Assembly: GCA_030390025.1 (NCBI GenBank)
Contig: JASTWF010000121.1
Span: 806,001-870,000, forward strand
Origin: Squalus acanthias
Lineage: Eukaryota
DNA length: 64,000 nt
Direction of reading: 5' to 3'
The notes beneath the pieces are model-generated. The model did no database searches. It saw only the letters and a list, made by a program, of their open reading frames with translations, and had not been told where the DNA came from. The translations under genes were made by a program, and so were the position numbers. Below, piece by piece: positions 1 through 13,305 of the stretch; the first letter of the stretch is position 1, and each line of letters starts with the position of its first letter.

Positions 1-409
1 AAGCCACAGCCCAGAAGCACATGATTGCTACTTTGTTGCGAGCTGTCTAAAGTGCAACTTTTCCAAACACACGCTGTAATCTTGCTAATTGAGTTTTCTA
101 CTTGTGCTGTGTTCGGCTGAACCCAGCTAAGGCTGCCCCACCGTGATGGTGGAATCAAATGTATTCTTCTGTTTTTGATGATTCTGTATTATCTTTGATG
201 TACAGCAGTTAAATAAAATATTTTACTGCCGTGGGTCCCGTCGTGATTTAGCTATTTGCTGATGAATCATCTTCACGTACCCGGGAATTCTAAATGATCT
301 TCCCACTTTAACCATTGCTCGAATTTGATCATTTGATAACAGCCATTTTAAACCAGGCTGACAGCAGTTTGAAGATTGCAATAACATGAAGATTGCAACA
401 TAGCACTAC

Positions 410-510
410 AGTTCTGACGAAGGGTCATTGACCTGAAACGTTAACTCTGTTTCTCTCTCCACAGCCTGACCTGCTGAGTGTTTCCAGCATTTTCTGTTTT
501 TATTTATTAT
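410..510 (+). mobile_element. Penelope pseudo-LTR fragment with minimal hammerhead ribozyme motif (410-446)
   Basis: AGTT-CTGACGA-stem-GAAACGTT-AACT, the same sequence as the 3' end of the Penelope element at ~50773-50870. Confidence 0.7.
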
Positions 511-634
511 AGCACTGCAGTATCTATTTAACAGGCTGCACCAACCATTTGAGAATCCATTTTTACTCACCAGCATTTGCAAGAATGATTTTTTTGGTCT
601 TGTTTAAAGTCTGGAGACTGCTGATGAAGTCATA

Positions 635-1534
635 GGGAGAAAAATTCGGTTGGTTTGCGCCTTCCGTTAGCACCTTAAGAGGGCACTAATGGGGCGCAAA
701 GCAACTAGCGCCCGCGCGCGGCGATGTTTGCGCCGCTCACAAAATTAACTAGACATTTTGCGGCGGCGCTAAACACTACCGCCACGTTCTTCTGCGCCGG
801 CCGATCGTGACGTCAGTCGAGAGTGCAACGCCCCGGTAGCGCCCCGGACCGGATATTGAGTGACGCCCCCTGTCGTACCACCTGCCGTTAGCTACGACAG
901 GTTGAGGGGAGCGTTTTGCAGTCTGGAAGGGACTGGGGGAGCGCTATTTAAAGGCGACCGCTTCCTGCCTTTTTTTGTCGGCGAAATTTTTGCACCATAC
1001 ATTCTGAGTGAGCGAGAGAGACTGCAGGAGATATTCAAAGCTGTGTTGAGGAGTTTTGGGTACTGAGCAGCACTTTGCAGGTTCTTTCTGGTTTGATCTT
1101 CCTTGCATCGATTTAGAAGAGAATATGGTGGCTGCAGTCTGAGCTGTTTCCCTGGGCCTCTCCATTGTTCTTTCCAGCAGAATTGATGTACTGGTCTCTC
1201 CAGGCCGAGATTCAAGGCTGCAATGAGCAGGGTGTGGATGGAGAGCAAGATCGACCCCCACCCACCCCACTTTAAGAACTGGCCCCTGCCAGTGTGTCTG
1301 TGTACTATTGCTGACTGACATCGCATGAGCTTCACCAGCGCTGTGAGGTAGCGCCTCGCTCCTCGGCCTTTGCGCCTTAAGACAGGTGTGTAGCGCCTGA
1401 TTTAGCGCTCCAATCACCTCCAGGGGCGATAAAAGCCAAGTTTGCAGACAGAGGCGATAATTAGCGCCAGGCGCTAAACTTTGCGCCCGGCCAGTAATCG
1501 CGTCCCAAACGGGGCGATACTGAATTTCTCCCCC
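635..1534. mobile_element. Non-autonomous TIR element (PIF/Harbinger-like MITE), family A
   Basis: Imperfect TIRs GGGAGAAAAATTC / GAATTTCTCCCCC, ATA/GTA flanks, CpG-rich. Ends are homologous to 16534-17306. Confidence 0.7.
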
Positions 1535-3062
1535 GTAGAGTCATAAGGGCACAGAAGGAGGCCATTCGGCCCATCGAGTCCGTGCCAGCTCTCTGTAGAG
1601 CAATCCAGTCAGTCCCATTCCCCTGATCTATCCCCGTAGCCCTGCAAGTTTATTTCCCTCAAGTGCCTATCCAGTCTCTCCTTGAAAACATTGAGTGTCT
1701 CCGCTTCCACAACTTCCGTCGGCAGCGAATTCCAGGTCCTCACCACTCGCTGCGTAAAAAAGATTTTCCTCACATCCCCCCTGTATCTCTTGCCCAAAAC
1801 CTTAAATCTGTGTCCCCTAGTTCTTGTACCATCAACTAGTGGGACCAGTCTTTCCCCGTCTAGCCCATCCAAACCTGTCATAATCTTGTTCACCTCTATC
1901 AAATCATCCCTCAACCTCCTTTGCTCTAATGAAAACAAATCCAGCTTTTCCAACCTGTCCTTGTAGCTAAGATCCTCCATGTCTGGAACCATTCTGGTAA
2001 GTCTCCTCTGCACCCTCTCAAGGGCATTCACATTCTTCCTAAAGTGTGGTGACCAGAACTGGACGCAATACTCCAGTTGTGGCCTAACCAGAGCTTTATA
2101 AAGGTTCAGCATAACTTCTCTACTTCTGTACTCAATACCCCTATTTATGAAGCCCAAGATCCCATATGCTTTGCTAACCACTCTCTCAATATGTCCTGCC
2201 ACCTTCAGGGACCTATTCACATTAACTCCCAGATCCCTCTGTCCCTGCACACTCATTAAAACTGTGCCATTAAGTGTATATTGCCTCTCCCTGTTCCTTC
2301 TGCCAAAATGCATCACCTCACACTTCTCTATTAAATTCCATCTGCCACTTGTCTGCCCATTCTGCTAGTCTTTCTATGTCCTGTTGCTGTCGATTGGTAT
2401 CATCCTCACTGTTTGACACACTCCCAAGTTTGGTGTCATCGGAAAATTTAGAAATTCTACTCTGTATTCCAATATCCAGGTCATTTATATATATATCAAA
2501 AAAAGCAGTGGCCCCAGCACTGACCCTTGGGGAACACCACTGCCTACCATCCTCCAGTCTGAAAAACAGCCATTTACCACAACTCGCTGTTTTCTGTCCT
2601 TAAGCTAATTCCTTATCCAAGCTGCCACTGACACACCTATTCCATGAGCCTCAATTTTGTTAACCAGCCTTCTATGTGGTACTTTATTAAACGTCTTCTG
2701 AAAATCCATGCAGACAACATCCATTGCATTCCCTTCATCAATCCTCTCTGGTACTTCATCAAAAAATTCAATTAGATTAGTCAAACAGGATCTGCCTTTT
2801 ACAAACCCGTGTTGGCTCTCCTAATTAGCTTAAACCCATCCAAGTGCCCGTAAATCTTTTCCTTGATTATTGTTTCTAAAACTTTACCCACCACTGATGT
2901 TAAACTGACCGGCCTGTAATTCCTAGCATTGTCCTTACACCATTTCTTGAACAATGGTGTCACATTTGCCACTTTCCAAGCCTCAGGCACTTCCCCCGCA
3001 TCGAGGGAAGATTGGAAAATTATGGCAAGCCCTTCCGCTATCTCTTCCCCCAACTCCCTTAG
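1535..3062 (-). mobile_element. CR1 LINE ORF2 3' part, degenerate (continues at ~4040-4370)
   Basis: ORFs 1609-2316 and 2799-3053 (NYRPVSLTS, RPQLEYCVQFW, LEQRRLR). Confidence 0.9.
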
Positions 3063-3084
3063 ATTTTGTCAGCATCCACCTCCT

Positions 3085-4037
3085 CAGTAAACCTTCACCG
3101 AAGTGTATGATAGCATGGGTCTTACACTAAACATCTGTAAGACAAAGGTCCTCTACCAACCTGCTCCCACCTCACAGTACTGCCCCCCGATTATCAAAAA
3201 CCACGATGAGGCCTTGGACAACGTAGATCACTTTCCACTGCTCGGGAGCCTACTGATAACAAGGGCAGACGTCGATGGTGAAGTCCAACACCGCCTTCAG
3301 TGTGCCAGTGCAGCCTTCGGTCGCCTGTAGAAGAAAGTGTTTGAAGACCAGGACCTCAAACCCGGCACCAAGCTCATGGTCTACAGAGCAGTAGTGATTC
3401 CTGCCCTCCTGCATGCTTCAGAGACATGGACCATGTACAGCAGGCACCTCAAAGCACTGGAGAGGTAACACCAACGCTGCCTCCGCAAGATCCTACAAAT
3501 CCATTGGCAGGATAGGTGCACCAACGTCAGTGTTCTCGCTCAGGCCAACATCCCCAGCATCGAAGCTTTGACCACACTCGATCAGCTCCGATGGACGGGC
3601 CACATCGTCCGCATGCCCGATAGGAGACTCCCAAAACAAGCTCTCTACTCGGAGCTCCGACACGGCAAGAGAGCTCCAGGTGGGCAGAGGAAACGCTTCA
3701 AGGGCACCCTCAAAGCCTCCTTGAAAAAGTGCTAAATCTCCACCGACACCTGGGAATTCCTGGCCCAAGACTGCACAAAGTGGAGGAGAAGCATCCGGGA
3801 AGGTGCCGAAAACCTCTTCTCTTCGCCGGGATCAAGCGGAAGCCAAGCGCAGGCAGCGGAAGGAGTGCACGTCAACCCAAGCACCCCACCCACCCGCCTC
3901 TTCAACCACCGTCTGCCCCACCTGTGATAGAGACTGTCGGTCCCGCATTGGACTCATCAGTCACCTGAGAACTCATGTCTAGTGTGGAAGCAAGTCATCC
4001 TCGGTTCCGAGGGACTGCCTAAGAAGAAGAAGAAGAG
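3085..4037 (+). mobile_element. RTE-clade LINE 3' fragment
   Basis: GLTLNICKTK, ASAAFGRL, SETWT and RLPKQ motifs, ending GAGGGACTGCCT(AAG)n. Confidence 0.85.
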
Positions 4038-4394
4038 GAAACACCGATACAAAGTACTTATTGAGTATTCTAGCCTTGCCCTGCGCCTCTTAGCATAAAT
4101 CACCTTCTTTGTCTTTAATAGGCCCCACCCGGCCTCTTACTACCCGCTTACTGTTTACATGCCAGTAGAATATTTTTGTGTTCCCTTTTACATAGATACA
4201 TACATATACATAGAAGATAGGAGCAGGAGTAGGCCATCCGGCCCTTCGAGCCTGCTCCGCCATTTAATGAGATCATGGCTGATCCTCCAATTCAGTATCC
4301 CGTTATGTTAACCACCATTCTATTCTTATATTCTCTCTTTGCCAATCTTATTTTCATCTCCTCTGGCACTTTCTCTCCCTTTGAGCATCTCACC

Positions 4395-5183
4395 TTGTTA
4401 TACCCCTCTCACCTCATTTAAAATCCTCGTTCTCTACCGCCCACCCAAGAACCATAGTATCATATTTGACCCCAAGATGAGCTTCCGACCACATATCCGC
4501 GGCATAACTAAGCCCGCCTATTTTCACCTCCGTAACATTGCCCGTCTCCGCCCCTGCCTCACCTCATCCGCTGCTGAAACCCTCATCCATGCCTTTGTGA
4601 CCTCTAGACTTGACTATTCCAACGTACTCCTGGCTGGGCTCCCACATTCCACCCTATGTAAACTTGAGGTCATCGAAAACTCAGCTGCCCATGTTCTAAC
4701 TCGCACCAAGTCCCATTTACCTATCACTCCTGTGCTCGCTGACCTACATTGACTCCCAGTTAAGGAATGCCTCGATTTCAAAATTCTCATCCTCCTTTTC
4801 AAATCCCTCCATGGCCTCGTCACTCCCTATCTCTGTAATCTCCTTCAGCCCCACAACCCCTCGAGATATCTGCGCTCCTCTAATTCTGCCCTCTTGGCCA
4901 TCCCTGATTATAATCGCTCAACCATTGGTGGCCGTGCCTTCTGTTGCCTGGGCCCTAAGCTCTTGAATTCCCTCCCTAAACCTCTCTGTCTCTCGACCTC
5001 TCTTTCCTCCTTTAAGACGCTCCTTAAAACCTACCTTTTTGACCAAGCTTTTGGTCACCTGCCCTAATATCTCCTGATGTGGCTCGGGGTTAAATTTTGC
5101 TTTATAACACTCCTGTGAAGCGCCTTGGGACATTTTACTACGTTAAAGGCGCTATATAAATACAAGTTGTTGTTGTTGTTGTT
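4395..5183 (+). mobile_element. L2-clade LINE 3' end
   Basis: AYFHLRNIARLRP and ETLIHAFVTSRLDYSN motifs, ending GCGCTATATAAATACAAG(TTG)n. Confidence 0.85.
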
Positions 5184-6544
5184 AACATAAATTAAATAAT
5201 TTTGCGACATCAAATATTGAGGTTTTTGTTCAGTTTAATTAGATTTTTTGCTGACATTTACTTGCATCAGTGAAATGAAAAATAGAAAGCTCCTGTCGTG
5301 AGAAATTTGTTCACAAAGATATAAAGATTAAGATCAAGAGCTCGTCACACAAACCACAGACTTGACAGTTTTTCTTTGGCCACTGGCCATTTGTCAGCCT
5401 ATTTCCTCAACTCATGTCCACACTTGATTCTGTGAACCATATTAGGCCAAAATATGAAGGCTGATACAGCGATTGGTGCAACTCCCATGAACATATGTTA
5501 TTCCGATAATAAAATAGGAGGGAGGTGCAATTGACAAAACAGTTATACCCACTCCTTCACTTTGGAGCCCGGACTGACATTAACCAAATATCAGAAAGGT
5601 GCCTTTGACCATTGAATGAAACTGTCACTCACAGCATAGTTCAAAGAAACCCCTTTCCCCCACAGGCTCCACCCCCCCGACCTCCCCGCGACCCCCGACT
5701 CTCCCCTCCCGGCGCTCCTGTTCCAGTGCTGGGGGCTGTCCCCAAGGGTCCCCGGGGGGCGGGGCTGTGACCTCCTGCCGCTGACGAACCCTCTTGCCCA
5801 CCGGCCAAGCTGTCCAATTGGCCGGCTGCCGGGCGGGAGGCGGCCCTACAATATGCTAATGAGGCGAATGGTGTGCTGGGTTCTTTGTCTGATGTTGGTG
5901 CTGGCAGTGGGCTGACTGTAGAGCAGCACAAGGCAGTGAAAGATTCAGACAAACACTCCTCACTCCCAGGGCCCTTCTCACAATCACCCTTCATTCTAGC
6001 CTGTGCACAGCCTCTGTTTCTAGTCCATTTGCATTGATAATGTCACCTCTTCTCCGACAGCCCTCTCACTGTTTAACGACTTAATGAACTCTTGCACTTG
6101 TGTTTTGCCTTGGTTTCCAGGCTTTTTTCTAGGTCTCTCGATCCCTCCATTACCCTTTCAGCTCGCCGGCTAATCACGTGCAGGACATCCCTATTCTAAC
6201 TTTAGCTACCAAATGAACTCCCTCCTTATTTCAGAGGAGCATCCACTGATCACTCCAGACCCAACTGGAAGATCCACCATGGCCTGAAATGGGCCCTGGC
6301 TTTATGTCTAATTTAGCATTCCATTGCACCGCACCTGTGCCCATTCCAGGGTGTCGAATAGTTTCAATGTGGCCCCAATGTCTCTTCAGAAATGGATTGC
6401 CATGGAGATGGGACACTTCAAACATTGCGGTGGGGGTGGGGGAGGGTTGCAGTTTGATGTCTATTGAAAGAACTGTCCTAAATTCAGTTTAAAAAATGCT
6501 TGAAACAATGTGCAAGGAGCCCAGATCTGACTAGAATTCACATC

Positions 6545-7010
6545 TCTCAATCCCATTTCAACCTTGGCGTTATGTTTGACCCCAAGATGAGCTTCCAACC
6601 ACAGATCCACGCCATCACTAAGACCGCCTATTTCCACCTCCATAACATCGTCTGACTCCACCCCTGCCTCAGCATATCTGCTGCAGAAACCCTCATCCAT
6701 GTCTTTGTTACCTCTAGACTTGACTATTCCAATGTTCTCCTGGCCAGCCTCCCATCTTGCACCCTACATAAGCTTGAGCTCATCCAAAACTCTGTTGCCC
6801 ATGTCCTAACTCCCTGTCTCTGATCTGCTCCAGCCCTACAACCCCCCCGAGAACTCTGCGCTCCACCAATTCTGGCCTCTTGAGCATCCCGATTTTAATC
6901 GCTCCAGCATTGGTGGCCATGCCTTCAGCTCTGGAATTCCCTCCCTAAATCTCTCCACCTCCTTAAAACCTACCTCTCTGCCCTAATATCTCCTTATGTG
7001 GCTCGGTGCT
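6545..7010 (+). mobile_element. L2 fragments
   Basis: Homologous to 4460-5090 with deletions. Confidence 0.75.
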
Positions 7011-10000
7011 GCCGAAGAAGCCTTGGCGATTGCTGCAGTGCATCTTGTAGATGGTACACACTGCAGCCACGGTACACCGGTGGTGGAGGGAGTGAATGTT
7101 TAAGGTGGTGGATGGGGTGCCAATCAAGCGGGCTGCTTTGTCCTGGATGGTGTCGAGCTTCTTGAGTGTTGTTGGAGCTGCACTCATCCAGGCAAGTGGA
7201 GCGTATTCCATCACACTCCTGACTTGTGCCTTGTAGATGGGGAGTCAGGAGGTGCTACACTCGCCGCAGAATACCTAGCCTCTGATCTGCTCTTGTTGCC
7301 ACAGTATTTATGTAGCTGGTCAAGTTAAGTTTCTGGTCAATGATGACCCCCAGGATGTTGATGGTGCGGGATTCGGTGATGGTAATGCCATTGAATGCAA
7401 GGGGCGGTGGTTAGACTCTCGCTTGTTGGAGATAGTCATTGCCTGGCACTTCTGTGGCGCGAATGTTACCTGCCACTTTTCAGCCCAAGCCTGAACGTTG
7501 TCCAGGTCTTGTTGCATGCGGGCACGGACTGCTTCATTATCTGAGGAATTGTGAATGGCGCTGAACACTGTGCAGTCATCAGCGAACATCCCCATTTCTG
7601 AACTTATGTTGGAGGGAAGGTCATTGATAAAGCAACTGAAGATGGTTGGGCCTAGGACCCTGCCCTGAGTAACTTCTGCAGCGATGTCCTGGGGCTGTGA
7701 TGATTGACCTTCAACCACCACAACCATTTTCCTTTGTGCTAGGTATGACTCCAGCCAGTGGAGAGTTCCCGCCCCCCCCCCCCCCGATTCCCATTGACTT
7801 CAGTTTTACTGGGGCTCATTGATGCCACACTCGGTCAAATGCTGCCTTGATGTCAAGGGCAGTCACTCTGGAATTCAGCTCCTTTGTCCATGTTTGGACC
7901 AAGGCTGTAATGAGGTCGGGAGCTGAGTGGTCTTGGCCGAACCCAAACTGGGCATCAGTGAGCAGGTGCCGCTTGATAGCACTGTTGATGACACCTTCCA
8001 TCACTTTGCTGATGATTGAGAGTAGACTGATGGGGCGGTAATTGGCCAAATTGGGTTTGTCCTGCTTTTTGTGGACTCAACAGGTCATACCTGGTCAATT
8101 TTCCACATTGTCGTATAGATGCCAGTGCTGTAGCTGTACTGGAACAGCTTGGCTAGAGGCGCGGCTAGTTCTGGAGCACAAATCTTCAGCACGATAGCCG
8201 GGATGTTGTCGGGGCACAGAGCCTTTGCTGTATCCAGTGCGTTCAGCCGTTTCTTGATATCACTTGGAGTGAATTGGATTGGCTGAAGACTGGCTTCTGT
8301 GATGGTGGGGACCTCAGGAGTAGGCCGATATGAATCATCCACTCGCCACTTCTGGCTGAAGATGGTTGCAAATGCTTCAGCCTTGTCTTTTGCACTCACG
8401 TGCTGGGCTCCACCATTATTGAGGATGGGAATATTCATGGAACCACCTCCTCCTCCCATTAGTTGTTTAATGGTCCACCACCATTCACGACGGGATGTGG
8501 CAGGACTGCAGAGCTTTGATCTGATCCGTTGATTGTGGGATCCCTTAGCCCTGTCTATAGCATGCTGCTTCCGCTTTTTAGCATGCATGTAGTCCTGTGT
8601 TGCAGCTTCCCCAGGTTGGCAGCTAATTTTTAGCTACGCCTGGTGCTGCTCCTGACTCTCCTTATTGAACCAGGGTTGGTCATCTGGCTTGGTGGTAATG
8701 GTAGAGTGAGGGATATGCCGGGTCATGAGGTTACAGATTGTGGTGGAATACAATTCTGCTGCTGCTGATGGCCCACAGCGCCTCATGGATGCCCAGTTTT
8801 GAGCTGCTAGATCTGCTCTGAATCTATCCCATTTAGCACAGTGCACAGACGGGACTTTGTCTCCACAATGACTGTGCGGTGGTCACTGCTACCAATACTG
8901 TCATGGACAGATGCATCTGCGACAGGTAGATTGGTGAGGACGAGGTGAAGTAGGTTTTTCCCCTCGTGTTGGTTCTCTCACCACCTGTTGCAGGCCCAGA
9001 CTGGCAGCAATGTGCTTCAGGACTCGGCCAGCTCGGTCAGTAGTGGTGCTGCTGAGCCACTCTTGGTGATGGACATTGAAGTCCCCCACCCAGAGTACAT
9101 TCTGTGACCTTGCTACTCTCAGTGCTTCTTCCAAGTGGTGTTCAACATGACAGAGTACTGATTCATCAGCTGAGGGAGGGCAGTAGGTGGCAGTAGTAGG
9201 CACCTGGAATACTGCGTACAGTTTTGGTGTCCATACTTAAGAAAATACATACTTGCTCTCGAGGCAGTACAAAGAAGGTTCACTCGGTTAATCCTGGGGA
9301 TGAGGGGGTGGACATATGAGGAGAGGTTGAGTAGATTGGGACTCTACTCATTGAAGTTCAGAAGAATGAGAGGCGATCTTATTGAAACATATAAGATTGT
9401 GACGGGGCTTGATCGGGTGGATGCGGTAAGGATGTTCCCAAGGATGGGTGAAACTAGAACTAGGGGGCATAATCTTAGAATAAGGGGCTGCTCTTTCAAA
9501 ACTGAGATGAGGAGAAACTTCTTCACTCAGAGGGTAGTAGGTCTGTGGAATTTGCTGCCCCAGGAAGCTGTGGAAGCTACATCATTAAATAAATTTAAAA
9601 CAGAAATAGACAGTTTCCTAGAAGTAAAGGGAATTAGGGGTTACGGGGAGCGGGCAGGAAATTGGACATGAGGCTGAGTTCGGATCGGTCAAGGCCCTGT
9701 GGGTGGCGGAGCGGGCCCAGGGGCTGAGTGGCCGGGTCCTGCTCCTACTTCTTGTGTTCTTTAGATTTGAGGTTAGGATCAGATCAGCCATGATCTGATT
9801 GAATGGCGGCGCAGGCTCGAGGGGCCGATTGGCCTACTCCTGCTCCTATTTCTTATGTTCTTATGTAATCAGCAGGCGGTTTCCTTGCCCATTCTTGACC
9901 TGAAGCCCTGAGACTTCATGGGGTCCAGAGTTAATGTTGAGGACTCCCAGGGCCACTCCTTCCCGACTGTATAGCCCCCCGGTGGGTCTGTCCTGCCAGT

Positions 10001-10600
10001 GGGACAGGACATACCCAGGGATGGTGATGGAGGAGTTTGGGACATTGGATGAAAGGTATGATTCTGTGAGTATGACTATGTCAGGCTGTTGCTTGACTAG
10101 TCTGTGGGACAGCTCTCCCAATTTTGGCACAAGTCCCCAGATGTTGCTGAGGATGACTTTGCAGGGTCGACTGGGCTGGGTGTGCCGTTGTTGTGTCCGT
10201 AGCCAGTGCCGGGTTGTCCGACCGATTTCATTCTTATTATTGTGTTTTGTAGCAGTTTGTTACAACTGAGTGTCTCGCTGGGCCATTTCAGAGGGCAGTT
10301 AAGAGTCAACCACATTGCTGTGGGTCTGGAGTCACATATAGGCCAGACCAGGTAAGGACGGCAGATTTCCTTCCCTGAAGGACATTAGTGAACCAGATGG
10401 GTTTTTATGACAATCTGATCGTTTCATGGTCACCATTACTGATTCTAGTTTTTTATTCCAGATTTATTTAATTAACTGAATTGAAATTTCCCAGCTGCCG
10501 TGGTGGGATTTGAACTCACGTCTCTGGATCATTAGTTCAGGCCTCTGGATTACTAGCCCAGTGACATTACCGCTGTGCTACCTTTCCCAAGCTTCACAGC
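7010..10600 (-). mobile_element. CR1/Jockey-group LINE 'subfamily B' (APE + RT), degenerate, interrupted by a CR1 at 9201-9863
   Basis: VGDFNVHH, NYRPISLL, ALDIKAAFDRVWH and MFADD motifs in minus-strand ORFs. Homologous to 44662-46940. Confidence 0.85.
9201..9863 (+). mobile_element. CR1 3' end
   Basis: ORF 9300-9671 and (TTCTTATG)n tail. Confidence 0.9.
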
Positions 10601-10679
10601 AAATTTAGTACTACAGTTGGAGACTCAGAGATAATCTTGAAGTGGAGCATTCATCGGGTAGGTCATGGGTGGAGGGATC

Positions 10680-11420
10680 CCAAAATAGTTAGCGTACGAT
10701 TCTGTCCTTGTACAAGACCTTGCTCAGGCTGCACTTGGAACACTATATCCAGTTTTGATCTCCTCACATGGTGGGTGATATTGAGGCTTTGAAAAGGGTG
10801 GAGAGGAGGAGCCATCGGACTAATTCCCAGTCTGAAGCATCTTAGTTTTCAAGATAGGGTAAAAGAGTTGGGACTCTACACTTTAGAGAAGCGTAGACTT
10901 CGGGATGATCCGATGGAAATTTATAAGATAATGAAGGGGATAGATTGTGTTCCAGTTGACAGTTTGTTCCAATAGGTTGGGGAGGACCAGGGGTCACAAT
11001 CTGAAGTTGTACAAGGCCAGATCGAGGTTAGATGTCAGTGGGTGGTTCGTTTCCCAGAGAATGGTGGACCTCTGGAACAGGCTGCCATCTCGTGCGGTGG
11101 ACGGCGATTCGCTGAATTCCTTCAAGCGAGAGCTGGACCAGTTTCTGGCTGGGGCGGAGATCACCTCTTACAGAAGGTGGGTACTGCAGGGAATTCAGGG
11201 CCAGAGTGAGCTCCTGGACTAGGTTCAATCACCTCGGGGCGTCGGAGAGGAATTTCCCAGATTTTTCCCCTTTTGGCCTGGGGTTTTTTCGCTGGTTTTT
11301 CACCTCTCCCAGGAGATCCCATGGCTTCGGGTGGGGTGGGGTGGAGAGTGTATATATTGTGATACACAAGGTATCGCAATTGTGTGGGACAGGCTGGATG
11401 GACCAGAGCGTCTTCACCTG
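10680..11420 (+). mobile_element. CR1 3' fragment
   Basis: RTRGHNLKL..VDLWNRLP motif. Confidence 0.75.
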
Positions 11421-12325
11421 TCCGTCTGTTGGTCTGATGTCGGCTGTAAGAAGCATTTTCATGGTCAGGCCTCATTTACATGGAAACACCAAGCTGATGG
11501 CACATTATAAGAAGTGCCATCAGCTTGGTGATGGCATATTATTTGAGATGCCTGCTGTATGCCTCAGAGACATGGACCATGTACAGCAGGCACCTCAAAG
11601 CACTGGAGAGGTACCACCAACGCTGCCTCTGCAAGACCCTTCAAATCCATTGGCAGGATAGGTGCACCAACGTCAGTGTTCTTGCTCAGGCCAACATCCC
11701 CAGCATTGAAGCTTTGACCACACTCGATCAGCTCTGATGGACTGGTCACATTGTCCGCATGCCCGATACGAGACCCCCAAAACAAGTGCTCTACTCGGAG
11801 CTCCGACACGGCAAGAGAGCCCCAGGTGGGCAGAGGAAATGCTTCAAAGACACCCTCAAAGCATCCTTGAAAATGTGTAACATCCTCACCGACACCTGGG
11901 AATCCCTGGCCCAACACCGCTCAAAGTGGAGGAGAAGCATCCGGGAAGGCGCCGAACACCTCGAGTCTCTTCGCTGGGAGCAAGCGGAAGCCAAGTGCAA
12001 GGAGTGCACGTCAACCCAAGCACCCCACCCACCGTCTGCCCCACCTGTGACAGAGACTGTCGGTCCCGCATTGGACTCATCAGTCACCTGAAAACTCATT
12101 TTTAATGTGGAAGCAAGTCATCCTCGGTTCCGAGGGACTTCCTTAGAAGATAAGTATTGATATAGTAGCTCACCATTTTAGGAGGGAGGGAGGTTTCTAC
12201 GTCTCAACAGCCACCTCCTCTCTGAAAGGCTTGACTGGACATTCTGCTGCAAAGTGATTCTCTGCACCAACATCTCGGGGCTCTTCTGCTCGTGCGTGTG
12301 GAATCCCGGAGCCGCGCTTGCACAG

Positions 12326-13305
12326 GAGAGAGAGAGAGAGAAGACACGGCACTGGATCCGGGCTACCCGGGGGAGACTGAGAGAGAGAGAGAGAAGACCC
12401 GGCACTGCATCCGGGTTACCCGGGGGAGAGAGAGAGAGAGAGAGAGAGAAGAGAGAGAAGACCCGGCACTGGATCCGGGCTACCCGGGGAGAGAGAGAGA
12501 GAGAGAAGACACGGCACTGGATCCGGGCTACCTGGGGGAGAGTGAGAGAGAGAGAAGACCCGGCACTGGATCCGGGCTACCTGGGCGAGAGTGAGAGAGA
12601 GAGAGGACCCGGCACTGGATCCGGGCTAGCTGGGGGAGAGTGAGAGAGAGAGAGAGAAGACCCGGCACTGCATCCGGGCTACCCGGGGTGAGACTGAGAG
12701 AGAGAGAGAGAAAGACCCGCACTGGATCCGGGCTACCCGGGGGAGAGTGAGAGAGAGAAGCATCGGCACTGGATCCGGGCTACCCGCGGGAGAGTCAGAG
12801 AGAGAGAGAAGACCCGGCACGGGATCCGGGCTACCCGGGGGAGAGTGAGAGAGAGAGGGAGAAGATCCGGCACTGGATCCGGGCTACCCGAGGGAGCGTG
12901 AGAGAGAGAGCGAAGACCCGGCACTGGATCCGGGCTACCCGGGGGAGAGTGAGAGAGAGAGAGAAGACCCGGCACGGGATCCGGGCTACCCGTGGGGGAG
13001 AGAGAGAGAGAGAAGACCCGGCACTGGATCCGGGATGCCCGGTGGAGAGAGAGAGAGAGAGAAGACTCGGCACTGGATCTGGGCTACCCGGGGGAAAGAG
13101 AGAGAGAGAGAGAAGACCCGGCACTGGATCCGGTCTACCCGAGGGGAGAGAGAGAGAGAGAAGACCCGGCACTGGATCCGGGCTACCCGAGGGGAGAGAG
13201 AGAGAGAGAGAGAGAAGACCCGGCACTGGATCCGGGCTACCCGGGGGGAGAGAGAGAGAGAGAGAAGACCCGGCACTGGATCCGGGCTACCCGAGGGCAG
13301 AAGAA
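12326..13305. repeat. ~50-bp satellite GAAGACCCGGCACTGGATCCGGGCTACCCGGGG(GA)n
   Basis: About 20 tandem units with a variable GA microsatellite spacer. Confidence 0.95.

Noticed and set aside
5269-5360. ISRE-like GAAATGAAA and RUNX AACCACA motifs
   Set aside because: Short motifs with no nearby gene start in the window, so they cannot be told from chance.
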